A stretch of DNA of 9,892 nt from NCBI GenBank assembly GCA_018985225.1, contig JADGIF010000370.1, positions 1 to 9,892 on the forward strand. Direction: 5' to 3'. The translations under genes were made by a program, and so were the position numbers. The stretch comes from Amoeboradix gromovi X-113 (Eukaryota > Fungi > Sanchytriomycota). Under the pieces are notes generated by a model. That model was given only the letters and a program-made list of their open reading frames with translations, ran no database searches and was not told the DNA's origin. This document shows, piece after piece, positions 1-9,100 of this stretch. Each line of letters starts with the position of its first letter. Positions within the stretch are counted from its first letter, which is position 1.

Positions 1-395
1 CAGCTGCTGTCCAAGTGTCATTGTAGCGGTCTAACAGGGTCTGTGTATGGCTTTTTTTTTCTTCTTTTTTTTGCAATAGTAAATAAATGACTATCAATGT
101 GCTTGTTACAACTACTTCGCAAGTGCGTGCCAAAGCATAGTGACGCGAACCGTGTTAGTACTCAGCCTCCATTCTGTGGATATACTTAAAAATGTGGCAA
201 CAATATTTTAGGTTACAGCGTCACGACTAGATGGCTCTCTGTACTCACATATGCTACTCAGATACCAGCCTCTTGCTTAGAAGATCTCTCTTTCCTTTGA
301 GGTCTTTCGCGTTGTTGATTTTATTTACCTTTTTCGCTTACAAAATCAAGTTTTTTACGTTAGTTAGATTTCGTTTATTAAAATATTTTTTTAAT

Positions 396-902
396 TCATA
401 TAGCGTGACCCAGGTGTTTAGACAACTTACTGATCCACACAAGATACAACTCATCCATTTTTTCTAGGGATTTTTTAATTTGCTCTTGCTGCCGAGAGCA
501 AATTTCTTCTGGAATTCTACTATTCTGCTCCTCTAGTAGTTTGATTTCAATGTTAATCTTCTCAAGTTCTTCAATCATTTGCCGCAATTCGCTAGAGTCC
601 TTTTTGTGATGTGAGGGAGTCAACGTCTTTCTCAAAGCGATAATTCTTTGTTCATTTGCCATTCTTTCTTTACCAATTTCAAGAGCAGTTTGTTCTAGAG
701 TAGTTATTAATGGAAACTCTATGTGCTTGAACAGCATATCTGCTAAATGTTGTAGCGATAAGTGTAGAATTGCAGGAATATTACTATGAATATTGCCGGT
801 GACGTCTTGCAAAGTCTGCATTTGGTTCGCCAATATGTGTACAGTCTGCCGAACATCTCTAATTGCCTTCACCACATCTGAAAATTGTACGATTGAGATC
901 AT
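396..902 (-). CDS. Helical/coiled-coil protein, possibly IVY1-like I-BAR (IMD) domain protein
   Basis: 168-aa ATG..TGA ORF with all-helical amphipathic character. The segment LQHLADMLFKHIEFPLITTLE...HHKKDSSELRQMIEEL resembles the fungal Ivy1 I-BAR pattern as I recall it (L.E.l.+.fE.PL...L ... KRD...fR..l.eL). The ORF is likely real; the family call is tentative. Confidence 0.5.
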   Translation of the reverse strand: MISIVQFSDVVKAIRDVRQTVHILANQMQTLQDVTGNIHSNIPAILHLSLQHLADMLFKHIEFPLITTLEQTALEIGKERMANEQRIIALRKTLTPSHHKKDSSELRQMIEELEKINIEIKLLEEQNSRIPEEICSRQQEQIKKSLEKMDELYLVWISKLSKHLGHAI

Positions 903-939
903 TTTAGTAAAACAAGGAGTTACCCTTTCTTGTTATGTA

Positions 940-1325
940 GATTCTCCTCATCAAAAATCCTAGTTTCCTAAAAAATCAACAGTTTCATGTTAAAACTAAG
1001 AACATCAATCAATCTCTTGCAATATTTGCTCTCGCTCATAATGCTCCGACTCGGGGCTTAACAGGATAGGTGTTTTAAAGTATTCGTGCCTTATGTTCTC
1101 TATCAACTTCTTGAAGATAGCCTATGAATGCATACGTCATCCAACTGGCTTTCTTCAGAGCTTTGATATACTGCACTAAACCAATCTGCTTCATTAATCA
1201 TCAATGTCTTTCCCTTCCTTGGACGACAATTTCATGTTAGCCCATTTCTAAGTGTAAAAGAGCTATTCTGTATCGCTTGTTTACCGGGTGTAACTATAAC
1301 CTTCTTTCTTGGGACACCAAACTTC
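940..1325 (-). pseudogene. Possible heavily decayed mid-region fragment of a Fanzor1-like gene (weak)
   Basis: Pieces occur across frames in the expected order: KKVIVTPGK (~1306-1280, DPG-like RuvC-I without the Asp), TLMINEADWF, KALKKASWMTYAFIGYLQEV (~1164-1105) and KLLIF/LGN* (~985-960, resembling the hhhGdW motif). There are many stops and frameshifts. Confidence 0.25.
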
Positions 1326-1556
1326 GCCTTTTGCTATGCCTACAAATTCCACCACGCACAGAAATTAATTTCTTCTCATCTTCCCACTTCTGGTATTTTT
1401 TTCTTTTTTATCATTCTGCTCAACATTTTCGGCTAATGCATTTCCAAACCTAAGTACTCTATCCATCAGATCAACATTCGGGACCGAATTTTCGGAAATG
1501 TCACCAATTCAACTCTTAGGACCTCCTGGAAAGATATGGCAGTCCGTAATATGCTA

Positions 1557-1706
1557 TTAAGCATTTTTCATTATGGAAAATGCACTGGCAACATCCCTTT
1601 CAAAATAGCTCGGCTGATTAGCACTTGAGCATATATTGCAACATCTCAACCGATTACAATTTTCATATTCGTTATTAATTTTTGTAGTGTTCTTTCTAGT
1701 ATTTAA
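1557..1706 (-). pseudogene. Fanzor/TnpB-like nuclease C-terminal relic (zinc finger half + RuvC-III)
   Basis: Open stretch with no ATG-started ORF: LNTRKNTTKINNEYENCNRLRCCNICSSANQPSYFERDVASAFSIMKNA*. It matches R...CxxC...h.RDv.aA.nI. A possible decayed DE/TSKvC segment lies upstream at ~1865-1830. Confidence 0.55.
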
Positions 1707-2115
1707 TTATCATCTTTTTTCCACTTTTGCAATGGCTCTTGTTGTCTGGTTTTTCACGTTACTTTTTTGTGTTGAGCATGATAAATTAAATGGGTGATCT
1801 TGTGTGGTTTCTAGGTGTTTCTCCTGCTTATAAATGAGAAACTTTTGTCAAAATGGGTCTCATCTGTTGACTTGGTGGCATTAGTTAAGTACTACATGAT
1901 TACATATTATCATAATAGAGTTTTATACCATTTTGAGTTAAAAATCTTAAAGCTTCTTTCCATATCTCAAATAGATGAAATAGAAAATCAAGATATTATT
2001 TAGAAGACGCAATATATTAATTACAAGAGTTCTACTAGATTTTAGATAGGTACTCGTACTTCTGTGCGACTTTAAGGTTCTAGATCATAAGACGAATCTA
2101 TTCATGCCGCCTACT

Positions 2116-2630
2116 TTAAATGTGAAGAATTCGAAAATCATGAAGATTTAAAACTCCACACTTCTCAAGTGTAGACAACTTGGGGAGATAGCATTTGAGC
2201 ATGTTCTTGCCTACATTATTTTGAAGTACCTGGATTGATATCTCTATGGTATTGGTGACCGCATTGCTGACAATTGACGCAACGCTTGCAGCTACTACAA
2301 GTGTTGGACACATCATATTGTTTTTGAATGGTCGCGACTCTAATGAACTTTGAGTTCTTTTCATTTCGCATATTCTGATGCGAAAAAATTGCTAAGTCGT
2401 AGATCTGCAAAGTGTTGAGTGGTGACAGAATACCAGTACCAATAAAAAGAAGTCCTATGATATTCAGAGTTGTTTATTTTTTGTCTTTTTCACTTTCACG
2501 CCAACGGTTGTAGTCGTTGTGAATTTTTCCGTTTCATGTATTACAGGATATCAAGTCTGCCATCTAGCTCTCGAAAAGTGATAACAATACATCTGCAGAA
2601 TGAAGTTTCCATGAGCTTTGGAGAGAGAAT
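2116..2630 (-). pseudogene. Decayed Fanzor1-like (eukaryotic TnpB-family) nuclease, C-terminal half
   Basis: Motifs in order: LQMYCYHFSRARWQT* (2598-2551); then the open frame 2473-2216 with LLFIGTG (2452-2432), KFIR and QYDVSNTCSSCKRCVNCQQCGHQYHRDINP (two CxxC pairs + RuvC-III RD); then GKNMLKCYL in another frame after a 19-nt interruption. The RuvC-II Glu is not evident, and the linker between the CxxC pairs is abnormally short. Confidence 0.75.
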
Positions 2631-2659
2631 ATTATATGACGAGCAATTTGTATATAAAA

Positions 2660-5224
2660 CTAAATTTTATTAATTGTAGCCAATTCCGCGATAGTCATAT
2701 GCTGATAAATTCTATTTCTGTTAATATCAGAGAGTTTTGATTTTGGAACAGAGGATATCAAAACTTTGAAATGAGAGTCTACTCTGTATTCTATAAGTTC
2801 TGAGTTTAAATGAACCGTTTTTATAAGCCTCCTTCTATGGACGAATTTAATCCATTTATTCCCATATTTCTTTGATAATCTGTTCTTTCGATACTCTTTT
2901 AGCACATCGCCATCGCATTTTATATTAGTTATTAAGTTTCTCCAATTATCTAAATCCTCGCTGATTTTGTTTTTTACTTCCAACACGTCACTTTGAATTG
3001 TATTTAAGTTGCTCAAATCCCACAAATTTTTTCCAAATATTCCAACTAATTTGAAGTCGTTGGTCCAGATCTTCACTTTGCCTTTGATGCACGAGGTAAT
3101 GTAAAAATCATGGCAATGTTCCACAGCCGTAATCGAATGTGTGTGAGCAGTAATGTGAATTAGTAGGCTCAATGACTGCTTGTCTATTATTTGTAATCGG
3201 CCTAGACTCGTAGAAACTACAAGCTGGTGCGCGTCGCAAATATGTGTAATCACTTCTCTTTTTTTTAAATTCAGCTTGCAAGTCTCTATGATTTCAAAAC
3301 TCAACTTCGACAGAGTAAGAGATCCATCTGAATGTGCTGTACATACATTTGTTTTACCATTGTAATTGTACAGTACTGCAGAAGTCACAGGAAAGGCAAA
3401 ATTTAGATTAGTTGATTCTATCTGAAATGTTTTAGTATTGTAAGTGAATAGTTTGTTGCTAAAAGTTCCAAACATTATTATATCTTCATGGCATAATGAA
3501 AAAGATATCTCACTATTTGGGGCAAACTCTAGAAAACTACATTTGTCAGTTAACTCTTCATCAGGATCATCATCAAACCTGTAGATTATACCTGAATTTC
3601 CGGTACATATTATACCTTGAGTGTCGTTGTGCCAGTAATATAAATGTCTAACTTCTAATTTTGCGGGCAAAGTGCATACTTTTAACAGCTGACCATTATT
3701 GAAGTTCCATATTTTGACAGTACCATCGGTACTAGCAGTTATTAATCTTCTGCCAGTATTATCAAACACAAATATACGCACTTCTTCCAGATGTACATCG
3801 CAGTATTTAAATATTTCATTTCCAGTTTCAATATCAAACACTCTCACATTATCACCACATGATACAACCTGGTGGAAACTCTTGTTGAATTTGACAGTGC
3901 AATAGCTTTTGTGGGTGCTTTCTTGATTTACTCCGTTTTGCGTCGTATTAAACAAACGAACATCCCTAAATCCCAAATAAATGTTGTTGCTTACAAATAG
4001 CGCAGCATTTTTGACTTGAATATTGATGTCTAACATTCCATATTGAATGTAGTGCAAAGTTTGTCCATCATATAGAGTCCAAATTCTAAATTCCAAGTCG
4101 CTCGACAAAGAATAGCAAAATGGTGATGAAGGATGAATTTTAAAAGCAATAATATCGCTCCGATGGCCTGTTAAGCAAGAAATCGAGTTTCGCCAAATAA
4201 AAGAGTTAAACAAATAGATGTTATTGTCTCTTGTAGCTATACCTAATATGTTGAATATAGGAGAAAAGTCAAAACATACCGGGTTTCCTTTTAAAGCCAA
4301 TTTTATGGGCTCATTATCTGCATCTACACTTACTAGTGTAGCGAAGTATGGTGCTTCAGCTAGCATTTCGAAATATAGCACTAGCTTAAGCTCACATAGA
4401 TATTCCAGCGTATGACTCCAGGACGTGCCACAATAAGCAAACATTAAATTAAACAATAAATCTTTTCTGTTTTCAATATCTGAAAAGGTAAAGCTCAATA
4501 GTCCCAATTCTTTTATGCTCAAATAAAACTTAGAGAGTCTTGTTTTTATTCGCCACACCTTACCAAGACATGTCCCAAAAAATATATTTAATGTGTCATC
4601 TTGAATAAAAGTCGTCAAGCAAGTTGGCGAGCTTGGAAGATCTGAAATTTGACACAAATGGGTAAGCTTTGCGGAAGATAAGTCTACGATGTGAATGCTT
4701 CTACCATCGGTGATGTATATCATCATATTATTAGCTGGAATACTTATACCACTTATCCAGCATGAAAGATTTGGTTTCTGCAAGTGCGTATTATTTTTAA
4801 CCATTTTGGTTTCTAGATCATACAGTAGCAAATTTCCATCGAGACAAACAACAGCCAAAGCATTTTTATCAAAATGATTTAAATAAGTCACATAACTACT
4901 TAAATTTGATCGATCCAGAGCAATTTCTAAATGCCCTTGATGTTCTTGCTTTTGAGAACTACTCGCCAATACAAAACTAGAAAACTCTTCAAACACGACT
5001 GTGCCATCACTGTTTGCGTCAATCTTCATGAATAAGCTGGTTAATTGATCATCATTCAGCTCTCCCTCTAATACTTGGCCAAAAACTTCTTTAAACTTTT
5101 CTAAAGGAAATCCTTCGCTTCCATCTTCGTTTCTATATGATTTAAATATCTTAGTCAATTTCTCAAAATGCTGCACATTTAGAACCTTTCTCACGTCAAA
5201 ATTTCTTTTGACTTGATTTGCCAT
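2660..5224 (-). CDS. WDR49: EF-hand and WD40-repeat protein, WDR49/WDR64 family
   Basis: 854-aa ORF. It has an N-terminal EF-hand (LFMKIDANSDGTVVFEEFSSF) followed by WD40 repeats (LTGHRSDII...EFRIW; FDNTGRRLITASTDGTVKIWNFNNGQLL; AHTHSIT...KVKIW) and the family-like FNKSFHQVVSC segment. WDR49 versus WDR64 cannot be resolved by eye. Confidence 0.85.
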   Translation of the reverse strand: MANQVKRNFDVRKVLNVQHFEKLTKIFKSYRNEDGSEGFPLEKFKEVFGQVLEGELNDDQLTSLFMKIDANSDGTVVFEEFSSFVLASSSQKQEHQGHLEIALDRSNLSSYVTYLNHFDKNALAVVCLDGNLLLYDLETKMVKNNTHLQKPNLSCWISGISIPANNMMIYITDGRSIHIVDLSSAKLTHLCQISDLPSSPTCLTTFIQDDTLNIFFGTCLGKVWRIKTRLSKFYLSIKELGLLSFTFSDIENRKDLLFNLMFAYCGTSWSHTLEYLCELKLVLYFEMLAEAPYFATLVSVDADNEPIKLALKGNPVCFDFSPIFNILGIATRDNNIYLFNSFIWRNSISCLTGHRSDIIAFKIHPSSPFCYSLSSDLEFRIWTLYDGQTLHYIQYGMLDINIQVKNAALFVSNNIYLGFRDVRLFNTTQNGVNQESTHKSYCTVKFNKSFHQVVSCGDNVRVFDIETGNEIFKYCDVHLEEVRIFVFDNTGRRLITASTDGTVKIWNFNNGQLLKVCTLPAKLEVRHLYYWHNDTQGIICTGNSGIIYRFDDDPDEELTDKCSFLEFAPNSEISFSLCHEDIIMFGTFSNKLFTYNTKTFQIESTNLNFAFPVTSAVLYNYNGKTNVCTAHSDGSLTLSKLSFEIIETCKLNLKKREVITHICDAHQLVVSTSLGRLQIIDKQSLSLLIHITAHTHSITAVEHCHDFYITSCIKGKVKIWTNDFKLVGIFGKNLWDLSNLNTIQSDVLEVKNKISEDLDNWRNLITNIKCDGDVLKEYRKNRLSKKYGNKWIKFVHRRRLIKTVHLNSELIEYRVDSHFKVLISSVPKSKLSDINRNRIYQHMTIAELATINKI

Positions 5225-5272
5225 AATGGCCTAAATTTCAAAATCAAATTAATTAAAGTATAATTTACTTAA

Positions 5273-6016
5273 CTAGCCAGATAGCTGCACTGGCTTGTAA
5301 TAGATGCTCGTAACATATTTTGATCGATATCTAGAAGTAGTCGCCACTGCCATTGTTCCCTCTTTTATTGAGCACGCAAATAGATGATTCAAAGTAGCAT
5401 GGTTTGGAACAGGCAAGACATGAGGTTCTTTACCTTCTTTGTTAGATGCATTTAAAATAACTTTAGTTAGAAAAGCAGGAACCAGCGGTGGCTGCTGTCT
5501 GGATATTAAAGCATATTGCTGACCAGGGCTGTCCAAACCAGGTTCAGATATCAGCAACGGATTCTCTAATACCTTTAAATAAGCAGGTATTGTGACTCCG
5601 TAGTCACCATCTGGACTTTTGGGACGTTCAATGTTATTTTCACTCAGTTTCTTGTCCTTTAAGTGAGTGGGGAACAAATTTATTTCTTCTAAATCTTGAA
5701 CAACAATATAGTTAACCAGATTCCCTTGTTCGTCTTTCATTGTTGGTAAACTTTGACTGCATCTCCACTCATTATCAACGATAAACTTGAGCATATAAGT
5801 ACCGGGTTTTAAAGGCAAAGAGGCCTGAAAGTCTTTACTTATATCTTTTGATGATCTTATCATCGGTAGTCGGTCCCAGTTATTGAAAGTTCCACATAAA
5901 TTAACCTCATTCCCACCTTCTCCCCAAGTTATTAATGTGTTCATGTTTTCTTTTGATGTTGGTTGAAGTAATGGACTGGGTAAAGTTTTATCATTGGAAG
6001 ATGGCTGATTTCCCAT
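5273..6016 (-). CDS. GAL83: AMPK/SNF1 kinase complex beta subunit (SIP2/GAL83/PRKAB family)
   Basis: CBM48 glycogen-binding domain (ITWGEGGNEVNLCGTFNNW...PGTYMLKFIVDNEW) and C-terminal ASC domain (PPLVPAFLTKVILN...LPVPNHATLNHLFACSIK...TSRYRSKYVTSIYYKP). I moved the start from the track's non-ATG start at 6118 to the ATG at 6016, giving MGNQPSS, the N-myristoylation-type N-terminus typical of beta subunits (247 aa). Confidence 0.96.
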   Translation of the reverse strand: MGNQPSSNDKTLPSPLLQPTSKENMNTLITWGEGGNEVNLCGTFNNWDRLPMIRSSKDISKDFQASLPLKPGTYMLKFIVDNEWRCSQSLPTMKDEQGNLVNYIVVQDLEEINLFPTHLKDKKLSENNIERPKSPDGDYGVTIPAYLKVLENPLLISEPGLDSPGQQYALISRQQPPLVPAFLTKVILNASNKEGKEPHVLPVPNHATLNHLFACSIKEGTMAVATTSRYRSKYVTSIYYKPVQLSG

Positions 6017-6157
6017 TGTTTCAAAATCCTGAAAAAAGCAGTTTTTGAATACAGAATTCAATTTTCGATGCGCCTCCAGCACAAATAAGCTCGCTTTTAG
6101 ATTCTGATATGCCGGCAAGACTTTGAATTTATTAAAACTTCCCTAGTTTCATTTGCA
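6017..6157. promoter_or_regulatory. Short divergent intergenic region, putative bidirectional promoter
   Basis: 141 bp between the head-to-head ATGs of the AMPK beta gene and LTN1. Inferred from geometry only. Confidence 0.5.
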
Positions 6158-9100
6158 ATGGAATACAGTTCCTATCATTCCAAGTTATCACCGCTGCTTA
6201 AGCAATTAACAAAGAAGGACGTGAAAACACAAATAAAAGCGTCTCTTGACATATTCGAGTTGATCAAAGAAGACCAAGAAGCGCTGTACGAAACTAGTAG
6301 ATTATGGGTGTTTATTTTCAAAACTAGTGCAGTACAGCCTCTCCAATTACGTAGAGTCATATTGGACATTAATAACTATCTTTTCGTTACCTTAAAGAAA
6401 GAAATGGCTGTTACGATTAAGGATATCCTGGGCTTTTGGTTGTTGAATATTGCAGATGTACCAATGGCTTTGCAATCTTTAAAGATATTTCCGAATATTC
6501 AGAAAGTCTTAGATTTTGCAGGAAGCAATGTTCCTTCGTTATTGATTATTCACTTATCTGATGAGCAGTGGTGTGGGCATGCTTCTGTTGCGATTAATTA
6601 TATTTTTGCAAATTATGAAAAATATTTAACTGAATATCTTACTGCCATAGAATCAAGCATCTATAAATACCACAACATAAATCACTTCACAGTTTTGCTG
6701 CGCCTGCTCAAATCCAACAAATTAAAAAATCTTGACTTGTTAGTGGAGCATTGTATAACTAGTTTTGTGGGACTAAAGAACCCGGACTACTGGCTTGTTC
6801 TCAAAAATCCCTTATTAGTTGCTGGTTTACAGTCAAGTAGTCGACTTAAACCTTTTTTACAAGGGCTACTGAAATTGCCTGATTTTAAGTTATTTCCGAT
6901 TTATGATGAATTGAAATTGTTAATTGAACATCTTATTTCTGTTAAAATTCCCAATATACACGATATAATTGCTTCCTCGCTATCCGCTGATAAACGCACT
7001 TGTATTAAGCTATTTTGCCACTTTGAGCCCATTTCAAAAGTTATTGAATATTTGAAAACCGATTCTGTCAGCGAGTCTATCCGATACAGCATTTTCTTAC
7101 TAACTTGCTCTCAATTGGATCAATCTATTTTACAATATTTTGATCAATACAGAGATGACGCTTTAATTCAATTTTCTACAAACTCTGAGATTCCTATAAG
7201 TGATATGGCCACGTTGCTCAACAACAACGACTCCAGATTTCTTAAATTGAAGATATCAGATACGCAGTCCTTAGAATTAATCAAACTGTTGACTAATTTT
7301 AATGTTCACACTGATCTGATGCTGTGTCTTGTTAAAAATCAAGACTCGTTCAGCTCATTAATCGAGACATTGATCAGCCACAATATTAACTCGTTTATCG
7401 CAATTTTAGACGATTTATCTCAAATGCCATTTAAATTGGATTTGTTACCTTACCAATCAACAATATCAAGGCTTTCTCAACGTGACATTATTCCATTCTA
7501 TTGCACCAACATATTGCCTGTTCTTGAACCATTTCCGCTTAAAACAGATTTAATATTAGAGTTATTTTATCATTTCAACAAGTTAAGCGACTACTTTAAC
7601 TCTAGAGCATTCGAGGCTAGTAGACTTGTACTGCATTTATTGCATGATGATGAATTTCATGATCAGCTACATTTTATTCCAGATGTTGTATTATTAGAAT
7701 TGTTGCCTGATCTAACTACTCAAGAGCTTGTTCGTCGCTGTGCTTTGCTACCGGCATCTATATTAGCTTTGTATATTTATAATGACCAATCGCTATTAGA
7801 TAATGCTACGAAATACTCTTATCATATATTAGATCCAATGCATGCATATTTGCTAAACAAAGCATTTAATCCAAATTATATTCCAACAATTAAACAGCAC
7901 AATGTAATTTTGACTCAGCTACCACTTTATGAGCTTATGTATTACACAATAACTAGTAATAACTCCAGTTTAAGTACTGATTTAAGCGAGTGTTTATTGT
8001 TTTTATCCAATTTGAGTTCCAATCATCAGACTATCTTGTTAAAGCAGCTCAAAACAAGTAACCCATACATTTTGTTTATAATAGCGGTGTTGCATCCGCA
8101 CAAGCTATTACACACATCTGTGCAACAAGCGCAGCAGTACAAACAAAACTCGGGTGTTTCGGGGCCGATTGGTGCTGTAATAAATGGCGTTGGAAGCTAT
8201 AAGGGTGACGCAAACGAATGGGATTATCTGGTACGCGTATATCAAACACTATCAAGCCCAACTTCAGATGAGTCATTTATAATGATTCTGAGCAAATTAC
8301 CAGTTGTTCATTCACATTGTTTAGAGCAGCTGTTACTGAGCAGGATTGCTCTTATAGAAGACATTGATTTATACGAATCAGTGTCTAACATCGTAAACAC
8401 TAAATATCCAAAAGTTTTCATGATGCTGTTGCACAAATGCTTGGCAATTGAAATGGCGTATCTAAGTGTTCATAAGCAACGTAGAATGGATGAGACTTTG
8501 GAACTGGGATACTATCTTAAGCGTCTTATCAATTTTGATGGCTTTAATGAATGGCTTTTGTTCTTTGGCTGTTTACAATCTGTAAATATTGCTGTGAAAC
8601 AGGATATCTGCGATTCAGCTGATATAAACTCGCATTTACAAATGTTGATGAATACCATAATCGAAAAACTGAACATAAAGTCACCCAAAATGGTCGAACT
8701 ACGGAGATTGGAAAAGAAGCCTTACATCGCTTGGTTGTTTGATTCTTCCAAGGAGCTGTACTTGGTGCTGTTTATGGGTATCTTGGAATTCTTTGGTGAC
8801 TTTGTTAGGCAATATATGATTAATACTCAATTAATTAGAAATTTGGAGAAGTTAATGAGCAGGACTTGGATCAAGGATACTATACAGGATCAAATAGACA
8901 AGGTAAAAGATCAGTTCGAATTTGCCAACGTAAACTTAAAAATACTGCAAAACAGTCAGGGAGTAGAGTGCAGAGTCTCTTATGAGATTGACGAGTATAA
9001 ATTGGAGACATCATTTGTAGTTCCACAGTATTATCCCCTACATCCAATCCACATTGCAGGAATAGAAAGAATTGGAGTAACTGAGCATTTGTTCAAGAGT

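Noticed and set aside
100-300. Group I intron, U6/U4/U5 snRNA or TPP riboswitch identity for the structured region
   Set aside because: Only faint partial motif similarity. Diagnostic cores (AAGATATAGTC, ACAGAGAAGATTAGC, GCCTTTTAC, TPP junctions) are absent.
231-467. 78-aa + strand ORF
   Set aside because: Phe/Leu-rich translation of T-rich DNA that overlaps the 396-902 gene antisense; no recognisable motif.
1043-1062. GGGGCTTA resembling the RNase MRP CR-V motif
   Set aside because: No upstream GAAAGTCCCC-like CR-I partner; the G-run pairs locally in a small hairpin.
1122-1135. 14-nt GTATGCATTCATAG on the minus strand that would join two open frames as a micro-intron
   Set aside because: The joined peptide has no recognisable homology and the surrounding frames still contain stops. 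Such short GT-AG pairs arise easily by chance.
1815-2197. + strand frame interrupted only by TAA/TAG, suggesting TAR=Gln recoding
   Set aside because: The three conserved genes contain no in-frame TAA/TAG and terminate at TAG/TAA right after their conserved C-termini; the read-through product has no recognisable motif.
2470-2673. 67-aa + strand ORF
   Set aside because: Non-ATG start, antisense to the Fanzor relic, no motif.
3180-4877. Four short + strand ORFs
   Set aside because: Antisense shadows within the WDR49-like CDS.
6017-6118. 34-aa N-terminal extension of the AMPK beta subunit in the ORF track
   Set aside because: It starts at a non-ATG codon and would bury the Met-Gly myristoylation start at 6016.
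6175-8276. Three short - strand ORFs
   Set aside because: Antisense shadows within LTN1.
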